NCBI GenBank assembly: GCA_049903315.1
Contig: JBNGBT010000004.1
Span: forward strand, 128,001-192,000
DNA: 64,000 nt
Direction of reading: 5' to 3'
Source of the DNA: Candidatus Cloacimonadota bacterium
GTDB taxonomy: Bacteria; Cloacimonadota; Cloacimonadia; JGIOTU-2
Shown here in pieces: positions 1 to 7,925 of the stretch. Within the stretch, counting starts at the first letter, position 1. Each line of letters begins with the position of its first letter. The notes beneath the pieces are model-generated. The model was not told where the DNA came from, made no database searches, and saw only the letters and a list, made by a program, of their open reading frames with translations. The position numbers were made by a program, and so were the translations under genes.

Positions 1-782
1 AAATCATTCTGTCCGTCATAACCGGTTGAAAGGTAAGCGATCTTTGATTTATTGAGTTGACCCGATAGAAAGTCCATTGCTTCAACACCGTATTTGCTAT
101 TGAAAAGAGGTTCTGTCAGATCTTCGTTCATGATCTGTCCACCTGCTTCTAAAAGGCAGTTCTCAAATTGCCATGCGTTGGTTGCAAAGGTTGTTCCCCA
201 TTGATCAATCTTGCCATCACCGTCCCTATCTTGGGTGAGTTTTTTTCCAACTGCAAGGAAGTCATCCCAGGTTACGGGCGGTTTATCGATGTCCAGTCCG
301 TTTCGGTAGAACATATCCTTATTGTAATACATCACACGTACACTTTTATTGAAGGGGAATGCATACATGGTATCATTGAATGTGCTACTTTTGATGAAAA
401 CCGGATAGAAGTCATCGAGCTCTTCCTGAGAAAGTCCGTTTGGACCGTTAATATATTTCTCGATAGGAACAAGTGCGTTTCCATCTATGAATTTTGCAAT
501 CCATGCTTCGTATGCCTGGGCAAGATCGGGCTGAGTGTTTGCAACTATGGCTGCCATTAGTTTTTGGGAAAGAGCAGTGTAGTTGCCCATATTAATATCA
601 TTGATTAATATATCAGGATGTGTATCATTAAATTCTTTTACTAATATTGTGAGGGCATCACCGAGTGGACCACCCATAGCATGCCAGAATTCGAGTTCGA
701 TTCTTCTTGATTTTGTTTGTTTTGAACATCCTGCGAATACAATAATTGAAAAAATCAAAATAAATAGAAATATTTTTTTCAT
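1..782 (-). CDS. Carbohydrate/glycerol-3-phosphate-type ABC transporter substrate-binding lipoprotein (runs off the left edge)
   Basis: Not in the ORF track because it has no stop in the window. Manual translation from ATG 782: MKKIFLFILIFSIIVFAGC (lipobox)...EFWHAMGG...PFNKSVRVMYYNKDMF...PPVTWDDF; frame open to base 1. Confidence 0.85.
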   Translation of the reverse strand, partial: MKKIFLFILIFSIIVFAGCSKQTKSRRIELEFWHAMGGPLGDALTILVKEFNDTHPDILINDINMGNYTALSQKLMAAIVANTQPDLAQAYEAWIAKFIDGNALVPIEKYINGPNGLSQEELDDFYPVFIKSSTFNDTMYAFPFNKSVRVMYYNKDMFYRNGLDIDKPPVTWDDFLAVGKKLTQDRDGDGKIDQWGTTFATNAWQFENCLLEAGGQIMNEDLTEPLFNSKYGVEAMDFLSGQLNKSKIAYLSTGYDGQND

Positions 783-957
783 TGAAAGCTCCAAAATATT
801 TTGTATGTATGGCATTTAAAGAAAACACATTTATGAGTCAAGTTTTGCTTTTCTTGAACTACAGTTTTCCAATTTTTATTGCAGTGAGAAGAAAAATATC
901 TACCGTTTCAAAAAACTTGACACACATTTTGCGGCTCGATGAATCAATCCTCATCGC

Positions 958-1034
958 GGGGGCGTAGTTCAGTTGGTTAGAACGTCTGCCTGTCACGCAG
1001 AAGGTCGCGAGTTCGAGTCCCGTCGCTCCCGCCA
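958..1034 (+). tRNA. tRNA-Asp (GTC)
   Basis: Acceptor stem GGGGGCG/CGCTCCC, D arm TAGTTCAGTTGGTTAGAAC, anticodon loop CTGTCAC, T loop GTTCGAG, encoded G-CCA; 77 nt. Confidence 0.97.
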
Positions 1035-1050
1035 TTTTTAATTGGCTATT

Positions 1051-1293
1051 ATGTTTTACACTTATATCATTTATTCTGAATCCTCAGACAAATACTATAT
1101 TAGTCACACACACGATCTTGAATTAAGGTTACAGCGTCATAATGAAAGATGGACACGTTCAACGAAAGCCGGAATTCCATGGAAATTGATTTATAGTGAA
1201 GAATATCGAACCAAATCTGAAGCTATGAAACGTGAGTGTGAAATAAAACGCATGAAAAGTAGAAAGTACATTGAAGATTTAATAAGTCGGTAA
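1051..1293 (+). CDS. Small stand-alone GIY-YIG nuclease family protein
   Basis: MFYTYIIYS...YYISHT...RLQRHN...TKAGIPWKLIYSE...AMKRECEIK resembles YhbQ/SLX1-like GIY-YIG proteins. The YIG motif appears as YIS. ATG 1051 preferred over TTG 1042. Confidence 0.85.
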   Translation: MFYTYIIYSESSDKYYISHTHDLELRLQRHNERWTRSTKAGIPWKLIYSEEYRTKSEAMKRECEIKRMKSRKYIEDLISR

Positions 1294-1343
1294 TCACGCA
1301 GAAGGTTGTCCCGAGGAATCGGGAAGTCACGTCGCTCCCGCCA
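1294..1343 (+). repeat. Degenerate copy of tRNA-Asp 3' half with a palindrome in place of part of the T arm
   Basis: TCACGCAGAAGGT...AGTCACGTCGCTCCCGCCA matches the tRNA from the anticodon loop to CCA. CGCGAGTTCG is replaced by TG-TCCCGAGGAATCGGGA. Confidence 0.9.
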
Positions 1344-1398
1344 TTTATTTATTCAAGAATTAGAGCGTATTTCATCTCTCAATACTTTTTTTTTATTC

Positions 1399-1446
1399 CA
1401 CGCAGAAGGTCATCCCGATAATCGGGAAGTCACGTTGCTCACGCCA
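1399..1446 (+). repeat. Second degenerate tRNA-Asp 3'-half copy
   Basis: CACGCAGAAGGT-CA-TCCCGATAATCGGGA-AGTCACGTTGCTCACGCCA. Confidence 0.85.
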
Positions 1447-1492
1447 TTTTTATTCCATCATTCAATATCTACAATTTTCAATACTTAAAAAT

Positions 1493-2755
1493 TTAAAAAT
1501 CTCCAGTCACAAATACTTGAATTTCACTCTCGCTGTTAATGCCTTCATTGCTGATTGCAATTACTTTCCAATAATAGACTGTATTGGGTTGAAGATCATT
1601 GATTGTTGTAGTATGCTGAGTTTCCGAAGGGTGATATGGCGAAGTAATCGTGTCCAGACTACAAGCTGTGATTGATGTAAGCAGGATGATAACGAGTAAT
1701 AACATCCTGTTTCTCTTTTTTCTAAAACAGATCGAACCAACAAACATAAAGCCTATGCTCATTGAACCGAATAAAAATGATAATTGATTATTTCGATTTG
1801 TATCCTTAAGTATGCCATGTTCAGAGGTTAAAAGTTCAGGATTATCCGAATAGTACACCTCATAATTGGCTGCATTCCCATACCATTTGAGCTCTGTTGA
1901 TTGTGAGAAAATTGATTGCGCATTTATAGGTGAATCTAAGCGCACCTGATGAAAAAGTTCAGGTAAATTATAGTAATTTTCCCCCTTTTGCAGCTCTTCA
2001 TCCACGTTCAATTTTACAACTTCCGAGTAGTTGTGAAAATTGTATATATAGATTTCTCGGTTTTTTAGATCGTAAATATTTGAAAAAACAGTTGGATCAA
2101 CACCATGCTGATGTGTCTCATCCAGAATAGTTTTGAAAAGTATTGGTGAGATAGAAGAAGCATTTTCAAAGAGGTATGAAGCAACTTTGAACCTGTAGGA
2201 ATTATACCAGCGGTAATCAGTACTGTCAGAAACGTAGAAATTTGTCATGACTTGATAATTTCCTTGTCTATTGACGAATACGACATCACGTTCTCCAAAT
2301 TCGATGATCACTGAGTTCCCGAGACTATCTCCCCACATTGAATGACCATCCCAGTGGGAAGAATAATATGTTGAGTAGAGGTCGATAACTTCTTGCACTG
2401 TTGCACATTCTTCCAGAGCTTTTTCGCATAGTTCCCCTTGAACAGATGGCTTGTTATAATAATTTGCCACATCATATCTTTCAGGAAGTGATGCGCCATC
2501 ATACCACAAACCATTCTCATTAATGCCACCTACATTCTGAAAACCCTGCGATACCTGATAACCGAAATATATACGACCATATTTCCCTTCTGAAGCTGGA
2601 ATTACTTTAATTCTCGTATTGATATTGTGCCAATCTTTATTCGTCCCACCAAGAATCACATCACCTTCTGCAGCACTTATTACTGTACACGCATCAAGAG
2701 AGGATATCGTGGTGAAGGAAAGAATTATCAATAATACAAAAAAACACCTCTTCAT
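1493..2755 (-). CDS. Secreted Ntn-hydrolase (choloylglycine hydrolase/acyltransferase-like) with a C-terminal FN3-like region and two hydrophobic segments
   Basis: Signal peptide followed by A|CT (N-terminal Cys nucleophile), NKDW, GGINENGL, TNF; C-terminal LQPNTVYYWKVIA motif. Confidence 0.7.
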   Translation of the reverse strand: MKRCFFVLLIILSFTTISSLDACTVISAAEGDVILGGTNKDWHNINTRIKVIPASEGKYGRIYFGYQVSQGFQNVGGINENGLWYDGASLPERYDVANYYNKPSVQGELCEKALEECATVQEVIDLYSTYYSSHWDGHSMWGDSLGNSVIIEFGERDVVFVNRQGNYQVMTNFYVSDSTDYRWYNSYRFKVASYLFENASSISPILFKTILDETHQHGVDPTVFSNIYDLKNREIYIYNFHNYSEVVKLNVDEELQKGENYYNLPELFHQVRLDSPINAQSIFSQSTELKWYGNAANYEVYYSDNPELLTSEHGILKDTNRNNQLSFLFGSMSIGFMFVGSICFRKKRNRMLLLVIILLTSITACSLDTITSPYHPSETQHTTTINDLQPNTVYYWKVIAISNEGINSESEIQVFVTGDF

Positions 2756-3351
2756 GACTTACCTCCAGCATAAATAAAAGCTATATTAATAATAAAAGAG
2801 AGCGTTTGATTTTTTAGATCAGCATCATCAGTGTTTGTATCGAAGTTTACAAGTCCCTGTTCGTAACGAATTTCAAAGGCAAATCTTCCTATTCCGACCT
2901 CGACACCAGCAACAATGCCCGAATCGAATCCTCTGATATTGTCCAGAACTCCAACATCATTCATTGCCAATGCTTTCATGCTAAAATATGGGCCGAGAAC
3001 TCCACTGAGATGAAATTTACTATTATTCACCAGGAAATATTTTGCAAGGATGGGCATTTCTACATATACAAAAATGTTATATTGTTCGATATCTCCAACT
3101 GTGTTGATCTTACTCCCCTTCGTGGCGAGGAAGAGCTCGGGCTGTATGGACAGGTTTCTATTCAAACCATATGTAGCAAATCCCCCAATCGTAAAACCGG
3201 GGACATGTTTCACACCTTTTCCCGGCAGCTCTTTTCCGCTGAAAACGGATGAACTATAACCGATTTTCATCCCAATATCGGTGATATTACCGGCATGAAG
3301 ACTCAAGGAAATGATCATAATAAGAAAGATGGTAATTGTAATTTTTTTCAT
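2752..3351 (-). CDS. Outer-membrane beta-barrel protein (PorT/OMP_b-brl_2-like)
   Basis: Signal peptide; GMKIG, LSIQPELFLATKG, YVEMPILAKY, FEIRYEQGL; alternating hydrophobic pattern. Confidence 0.75.
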   Translation of the reverse strand: MKKITITIFLIMIISLSLHAGNITDIGMKIGYSSSVFSGKELPGKGVKHVPGFTIGGFATYGLNRNLSIQPELFLATKGSKINTVGDIEQYNIFVYVEMPILAKYFLVNNSKFHLSGVLGPYFSMKALAMNDVGVLDNIRGFDSGIVAGVEVGIGRFAFEIRYEQGLVNFDTNTDDADLKNQTLSFIINIAFIYAGGKS

Positions 3352-3367
3352 CAGATCTCCTACTATA

Positions 3368-4741
3368 TTATTTTATTTGTATTTGTTTATGTATCCAATT
3401 GTAAATGATTTCAAGCACAATAGGTGAAATCGTTTCTTCAATCAATCTGTATTCTTGCGGACTCCCAGTCTGCGCAGTCTGGAAGTAGTGATTTACTCTA
3501 GGTATTTCTTTCACTTCAAAGTTATGATTGCCACCCATTATAAGTGCAGTTTTAACTGCCTCTGCATTTCCTTCTGGAGGAACCTGCATATCTTTCTCTC
3601 CAAAAAGCGCCAAAACCGGACATTTTATCTGCTGTAGAATCTGCTTCGGTTCATAGGTGATATTGTATCTGAACCATGGTGATAAAAATCTCTGTATAGT
3701 TGCTTGTATACGATCTTTGGGTAGATCGGAATGAGACATAGTATAGAGTTTTTCGAGTTTGATTTTGGCAGAATCTTCATATTCTTCATCCAGAATTATG
3801 GTAAGCACTTTTTTCTGGAAATTTATTCTTTCGGTAATATCCTCTTCAGACATTCCCATTATTCTGCTCATTGATTCTTCGAATTGGAGATTATATTCAA
3901 AGCCATTTAATCCGGGAGTTCCCATCATAACCACAAAAGAAATATCTGGCAATTCAGCTGCTATTAGAGACGCTATCGTCCCTCCTTCGCTGTGTCCGAC
4001 AAGACCGATTTCTTTTATCTGGTGTATAGATTTCAAGTAGTCCACACCAGCGATCACGTCCTGTGCGAAATCTTGAGTAGTTGCTTGAGTTCTATCACCC
4101 TTTGAACTCCCTACACCTCGCTCATCATATCGCAAAACAGCAATCCCGTTGCGGGTGAGAAAATCTGCGATAACGAAGAACGGACGATGCTCAAAAAATA
4201 TATTATCTCTTTCGTGAGAACCTACTCCAGGTATCAGAATTAACGCGGGAAATTCTTTCACATTTTTGGGAGTGGTCAACGTACCAACAATGTGAACATC
4301 TCCATTGTCATAAGACACCTCTTGTTCATCATAGGGGAATGGTGCTTGTGGAGTTTGAGGTCTTTTGGAAGATGCTATTTCCTCCACTTGTTCCATATTT
4401 AAAGGCATTGATCTTCCCGCTTGTTCCCATGCTCCGGTAAGATGAGTGTTTTTAAAATAACCCTTGAAATTGCACTTGATTTGATCGAATGTTAATAAAA
4501 TATCAGGATAAGTAAATTTGATCGAGATTGCAGAAAATGTTTTATCCGATTGATCTGGAAAAATGACTTCAACTTGCATATCATTCCCATTTGAAAACAA
4601 AAAAACAATTCTGTAACTGAATCCCGGGAATTGAACTGTCCCTTCCCAAATTCCTGAAACATGCTGAACTGATGAGTTCTGGGAACATCCAATCACAATA
4701 ATAAAGATAAGAATAGTAAAGTATGCAGCATTTTTTCTCAT
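3368..4741 (-). CDS. Alpha/beta-hydrolase lipoprotein
   Basis: Lipobox IVIGC; RPQTP; LRYDERGVG; nucleophile elbow GHSEGG; GEKDMQV; NHYFQ. Confidence 0.9.
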   Translation of the reverse strand: MRKNAAYFTILIFIIVIGCSQNSSVQHVSGIWEGTVQFPGFSYRIVFLFSNGNDMQVEVIFPDQSDKTFSAISIKFTYPDILLTFDQIKCNFKGYFKNTHLTGAWEQAGRSMPLNMEQVEEIASSKRPQTPQAPFPYDEQEVSYDNGDVHIVGTLTTPKNVKEFPALILIPGVGSHERDNIFFEHRPFFVIADFLTRNGIAVLRYDERGVGSSKGDRTQATTQDFAQDVIAGVDYLKSIHQIKEIGLVGHSEGGTIASLIAAELPDISFVVMMGTPGLNGFEYNLQFEESMSRIMGMSEEDITERINFQKKVLTIILDEEYEDSAKIKLEKLYTMSHSDLPKDRIQATIQRFLSPWFRYNITYEPKQILQQIKCPVLALFGEKDMQVPPEGNAEAVKTALIMGGNHNFEVKEIPRVNHYFQTAQTGSPQEYRLIEETISPIVLEIIYNWIHKQIQIK

Positions 4742-5163
4742 TCGAGTGTGTCACCTTTTTCATTCCATGCAATAACAGAGGCTGGAAGAATGTGAGCAAA
4801 ATATAACAGACTTATTGCAAGGACTGCGTCTATCTGCCCGAGTCCGGATAGGATAAATATGTAGATTATCACAAGTGTCGCAATAGCAAACAGGCTGTAA
4901 GAAATATTTGTTGCATGCAGTACGACGTGCATCTCGCGTTCATCAAGTTCTTTTGATGAGGAATGTGTGAGTTTCCAAATCGATGATTTTATAAAAGCAG
5001 TGTGAAAAGTGAGTATTATTACAACGATTGGAATAATCTCAAGTACCAGATAGATCATCTTCAAAACCTGTAATTTTACAAGGTAAAATAGCACGAGTAT
5101 CACAATTACACTGAGATAATTTAATATCATGGCTGTTCTTCGTTTTTTCTGTATTGTATTCAT
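4738..5163 (-). CDS. Four-TM membrane protein (DUF2178-like, LDERE motif)
   Basis: Four hydrophobic helices with a central ELDERE; directly follows the XRE regulator. Confidence 0.6.
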   Translation of the reverse strand: MNTIQKKRRTAMILNYLSVIVILVLFYLVKLQVLKMIYLVLEIIPIVVIILTFHTAFIKSSIWKLTHSSSKELDEREMHVVLHATNISYSLFAIATLVIIYIFILSGLGQIDAVLAISLLYFAHILPASVIAWNEKGDTLE

Positions 5164-5418
5164 CTATACTCCTCGTTTTAGATTGAGCAGCTCTTCGCTG
5201 AGAGGTTTCATTGGTTTGGTGGAGAATATAAATTCAACTGGGAGATCAAAACACTCGCTGATTCGAAAAGCAAGATCAAGACTTGGATTATATTCCTCCC
5301 GTTCAAGATAACCGACGGTCTGAAAATTGACTCCGATCTTATCAGCAAGCTCTTTCCGCGAGAGCCCACGCTCTTTTCGTAAAACAGCAATTCGATTATA
5401 CATAGTTCTGATTTCCAT
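5164..5418 (-). CDS. XRE/Cro-family HTH transcriptional regulator (start may be 5403)
   Basis: NRIAVLRKERGLSRKELADKIGVNFQTVGYLEREEYNPSLDLAFRI. Confidence 0.92.
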   Translation of the reverse strand: MEIRTMYNRIAVLRKERGLSRKELADKIGVNFQTVGYLEREEYNPSLDLAFRISECFDLPVEFIFSTKPMKPLSEELLNLKRGV

Positions 5419-5582
5419 GGAGGCACTAAAATTTGGATTTGTATATTATGTCAAGCAAAATATTGTAAATATACAACAAAATGTTTAAATATGGTAACAA
5501 AAATATCTTCAAATACTTGAATACAACTATAAAAACATGACTTATGTCTATGAGCTTAAATTGTATAAAATGACCCTTAATC

Positions 5583-5608
5583 AAAAAAGCCGGTATAAAA
5601 ACCGGCTT
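5583..5608 (-). terminator. Intrinsic terminator after the beta-helix gene
   Basis: AAGCCGGT-ATAAAA-ACCGGCTT hairpin with a T run on the minus strand, 27 nt past the stop at 5635. Confidence 0.75.
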
Positions 5609-5634
5609 CATAATCATCATCAAACATGTAAAAT

Positions 5635-7044
5635 CTATTTCATAAAGATCATCTTTTTTATAGGCGACATGCTGATATTCAATTTGTAGAGATATACTCC
5701 ACTCGAAACAGGTTGGTTGTTTTCATTCATTCCATCCCACATAACCGAACCCTCAATACCACTTATCGAAAGAGGTAACGATTTTACCTTTTCCCCTTTG
5801 AGATTATATATCTCCAGTTGTGTACAAGTAATATTTTTTGGCAAAATTTGAAAACATATTGTTGTACAAGGACAGAAAGGATTGGGATAATTTTGGTGTA
5901 GTACAATTTCTGAACCATATACTGAATGCTGATTATCGACAGAAACCCACGAACCGGATCCCCCTCCGCCATATGCGCCCATGTCATTGGTAACTGTTCC
6001 CATTGCCGGATATAACGCATAGCCGGGATCTTGAGGATTCTCAGGATCGTAATATAATATATCAGGATTACCGGCATCCACACATTGAGAGTTTGTATTT
6101 AAATGATACAGTGTGTCAGCAAATAGAGGATCTTCATTAATATTGCCCTCTCCGTTAAATCCTCCCTCCACATCACAATAAGTAAATGATGACGTGCTTT
6201 CACCGAATATCTGTCCTGCTGAATTTTGGGTGTTACCCCATATGATATTATTGCGCGCAGTCACCACACTGCTATACAATCTGAGTCCTCCTCCTGTTGT
6301 GCCGGAGTGATTTCCTACGATGGTGTTGTTCTCAATAATGATCGGTTCTGTGTCATTGCCAATCGTATAGAATCCACCTCCTCCGTATGAAGTACCAGCT
6401 GTATTCTCGGCAACAATATTATTCTTGATTATTGCGCCCGAGTAATCAACGACAATTCCTGCCCCGTAACCTGCCTGGTTTGATGTAATGATATTATTGG
6501 AAATTTTCGGATTCCCCATGAAGCAGAGTAAGCCGCCGCCGGAGATACCATCGTAATTTCCAACATTACTCACAGTATTCATTGTGATCAGATTATGCCT
6601 GATAGTTGGGGAAGCCGTATACATAAAAATACCTCCCCCGCTGTACCAAGTGAATTGTGGGTATTGAGGATCGACCCACTCTGTACCCCCTCCAGCCGTG
6701 ATAGTAAATCCCTGTAGGATAGCCTGTGCAGATTCGCTGCTGCAAAATGTGACAGTGCTTGCATTCTGGGGATTTGCAGCATTACTACCATCAATAATTG
6801 TTTCATGAATATAATGAACTTCGTGGTCCAACAGGTAATAGCTTGTCAGCATGATGTTTTTTCCAAAAAAATCAATGTTTTCGTAATAAGTGCCCGGAGC
6901 AACGAGTATAGTATCCCCATCAGAAGCCATAATAATGCCGAGTTGTATTGTGGCATAATCATCCGGGATCGATATGATCTCCCCTGAAAGCGGTAGCGTT
7001 ATGCATAGAAACAAGATGCATAAAATATTTTTTTTTGTTTTCAT
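5635..7044 (-). CDS. Secreted right-handed beta-helix (pectin-lyase-fold) protein with FlgD-Ig/Por-type C-terminal domain
   Basis: IPDDYATIQ..GDTILVAPGTYYENI; repeated GGG/N-ladder motifs; C-terminal QNYPNPF...IYNLKGEKV...WDG...VSSGVYLYKL. Confidence 0.85.
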   Translation of the reverse strand: MKTKKNILCILFLCITLPLSGEIISIPDDYATIQLGIIMASDGDTILVAPGTYYENIDFFGKNIMLTSYYLLDHEVHYIHETIIDGSNAANPQNASTVTFCSSESAQAILQGFTITAGGGTEWVDPQYPQFTWYSGGGIFMYTASPTIRHNLITMNTVSNVGNYDGISGGGLLCFMGNPKISNNIITSNQAGYGAGIVVDYSGAIIKNNIVAENTAGTSYGGGGFYTIGNDTEPIIIENNTIVGNHSGTTGGGLRLYSSVVTARNNIIWGNTQNSAGQIFGESTSSFTYCDVEGGFNGEGNINEDPLFADTLYHLNTNSQCVDAGNPDILYYDPENPQDPGYALYPAMGTVTNDMGAYGGGGSGSWVSVDNQHSVYGSEIVLHQNYPNPFCPCTTICFQILPKNITCTQLEIYNLKGEKVKSLPLSISGIEGSVMWDGMNENNQPVSSGVYLYKLNISMSPIKKMIFMK

Positions 7045-7064
7045 TATAAAGACCTCCGTTATTT

Positions 7065-7682
7065 TTAACTGCCTAATCTATTGAAATATGTATCAACATA
7101 ATAATCATACACGTCTTCTGTAATTTCGTTATAGCGGATCATATTGATTATGATCGCGACATAAGATATATTAAAACTCCATGCTTCGTACCAGGGATTT
7201 TTTATTTCTGCTGTGATACTTCCATCCATAATACCTTCTTCGTATAGTGAAATCAAGGTCTGTTGGATTCGCTTACGTGCAGGTTTAGCTAAATCTCTAA
7301 TCTCCTTAGGCGCACGAGTACTTCTGGGTTTTTCACCCATTGAAAACGCTATCAACTCAGCATAGAGTGGATTTTCATGAAAATAATCAAGAAGTGAGGA
7401 ATAATAGTAGCGAAGTTTTCCCAACCCGGAAAGTTCACTGATTGCTGGTGTTATCTTCTCTGCGTCGAAGAAATCAAGATAATTATTTGTGTATTCAATC
7501 CATAGAACATAACAAATATCATTTTTGGATTTATAATAATAGTAAATATTTCCTACAGCAACGCCGAGTTTTTTTGCAACACCCCTCAAGGTCGTCTTAA
7601 GAATTCCTTTTTCAAGGAATTGCTTTTTCACTTCCGTAATAATAGTCTCTTTAATAAGCTGTTGCTTCATTTCTTTGATCAT
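7065..7682 (-). CDS. TetR/AcrR family regulator
   Basis: FLEKGILKTTLRGVAKKLGVAVGNIYYYYKSK. Confidence 0.92.
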   Translation of the reverse strand: MIKEMKQQLIKETIITEVKKQFLEKGILKTTLRGVAKKLGVAVGNIYYYYKSKNDICYVLWIEYTNNYLDFFDAEKITPAISELSGLGKLRYYYSSLLDYFHENPLYAELIAFSMGEKPRSTRAPKEIRDLAKPARKRIQQTLISLYEEGIMDGSITAEIKNPWYEAWSFNISYVAIIINMIRYNEITEDVYDYYVDTYFNRLGS

Positions 7683-7704
7683 TATATTTCCTTTCTTAGA
7701 TCAT

Positions 7705-7830
7705 ACATGTACTAAAATATACATAATAATAAAATAATATTCACTTATATTCGCACTGATCTACTGTACCAACAGTGTCTCTTAGAAATAAGCTTGTCAA
7801 GTATTATTTTTAGTACATGTTCAAAATAAT
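7705..7830. promoter_or_regulatory. Candidate TetR operator pair and -35 box
   Basis: ACATGTACTAAAA at 7705-7717 recurs inverted at 7808-7820, inside an imperfect palindrome ATTATTTT..ACATGT..AAAATAAT. TTGACA on the minus strand at 7795-7800. Confidence 0.4.
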
Positions 7831-7925
7831 GATTAAAATACCATTGAACATTCTCATGCTTACTACAAATCTTGGAATAAAGTGAAGATCGGTCTATTCA
7901 GTCTATAGTGATAATCTTATAATTC

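Noticed and set aside
168..967. Plus-strand ORFs 168-560, 583-819 and 782-967
   Set aside because: The first two are shadows of the minus-strand ABC binding-protein gene; the third spans a promoter region and the tRNA start.
958..1446. attL/attR of a prophage or integrative island; extra tRNA genes
   Set aside because: No integrase, the duplicates are only 0.3-0.4 kb from the tRNA, and the copies lack the 5' half and an intact T arm.
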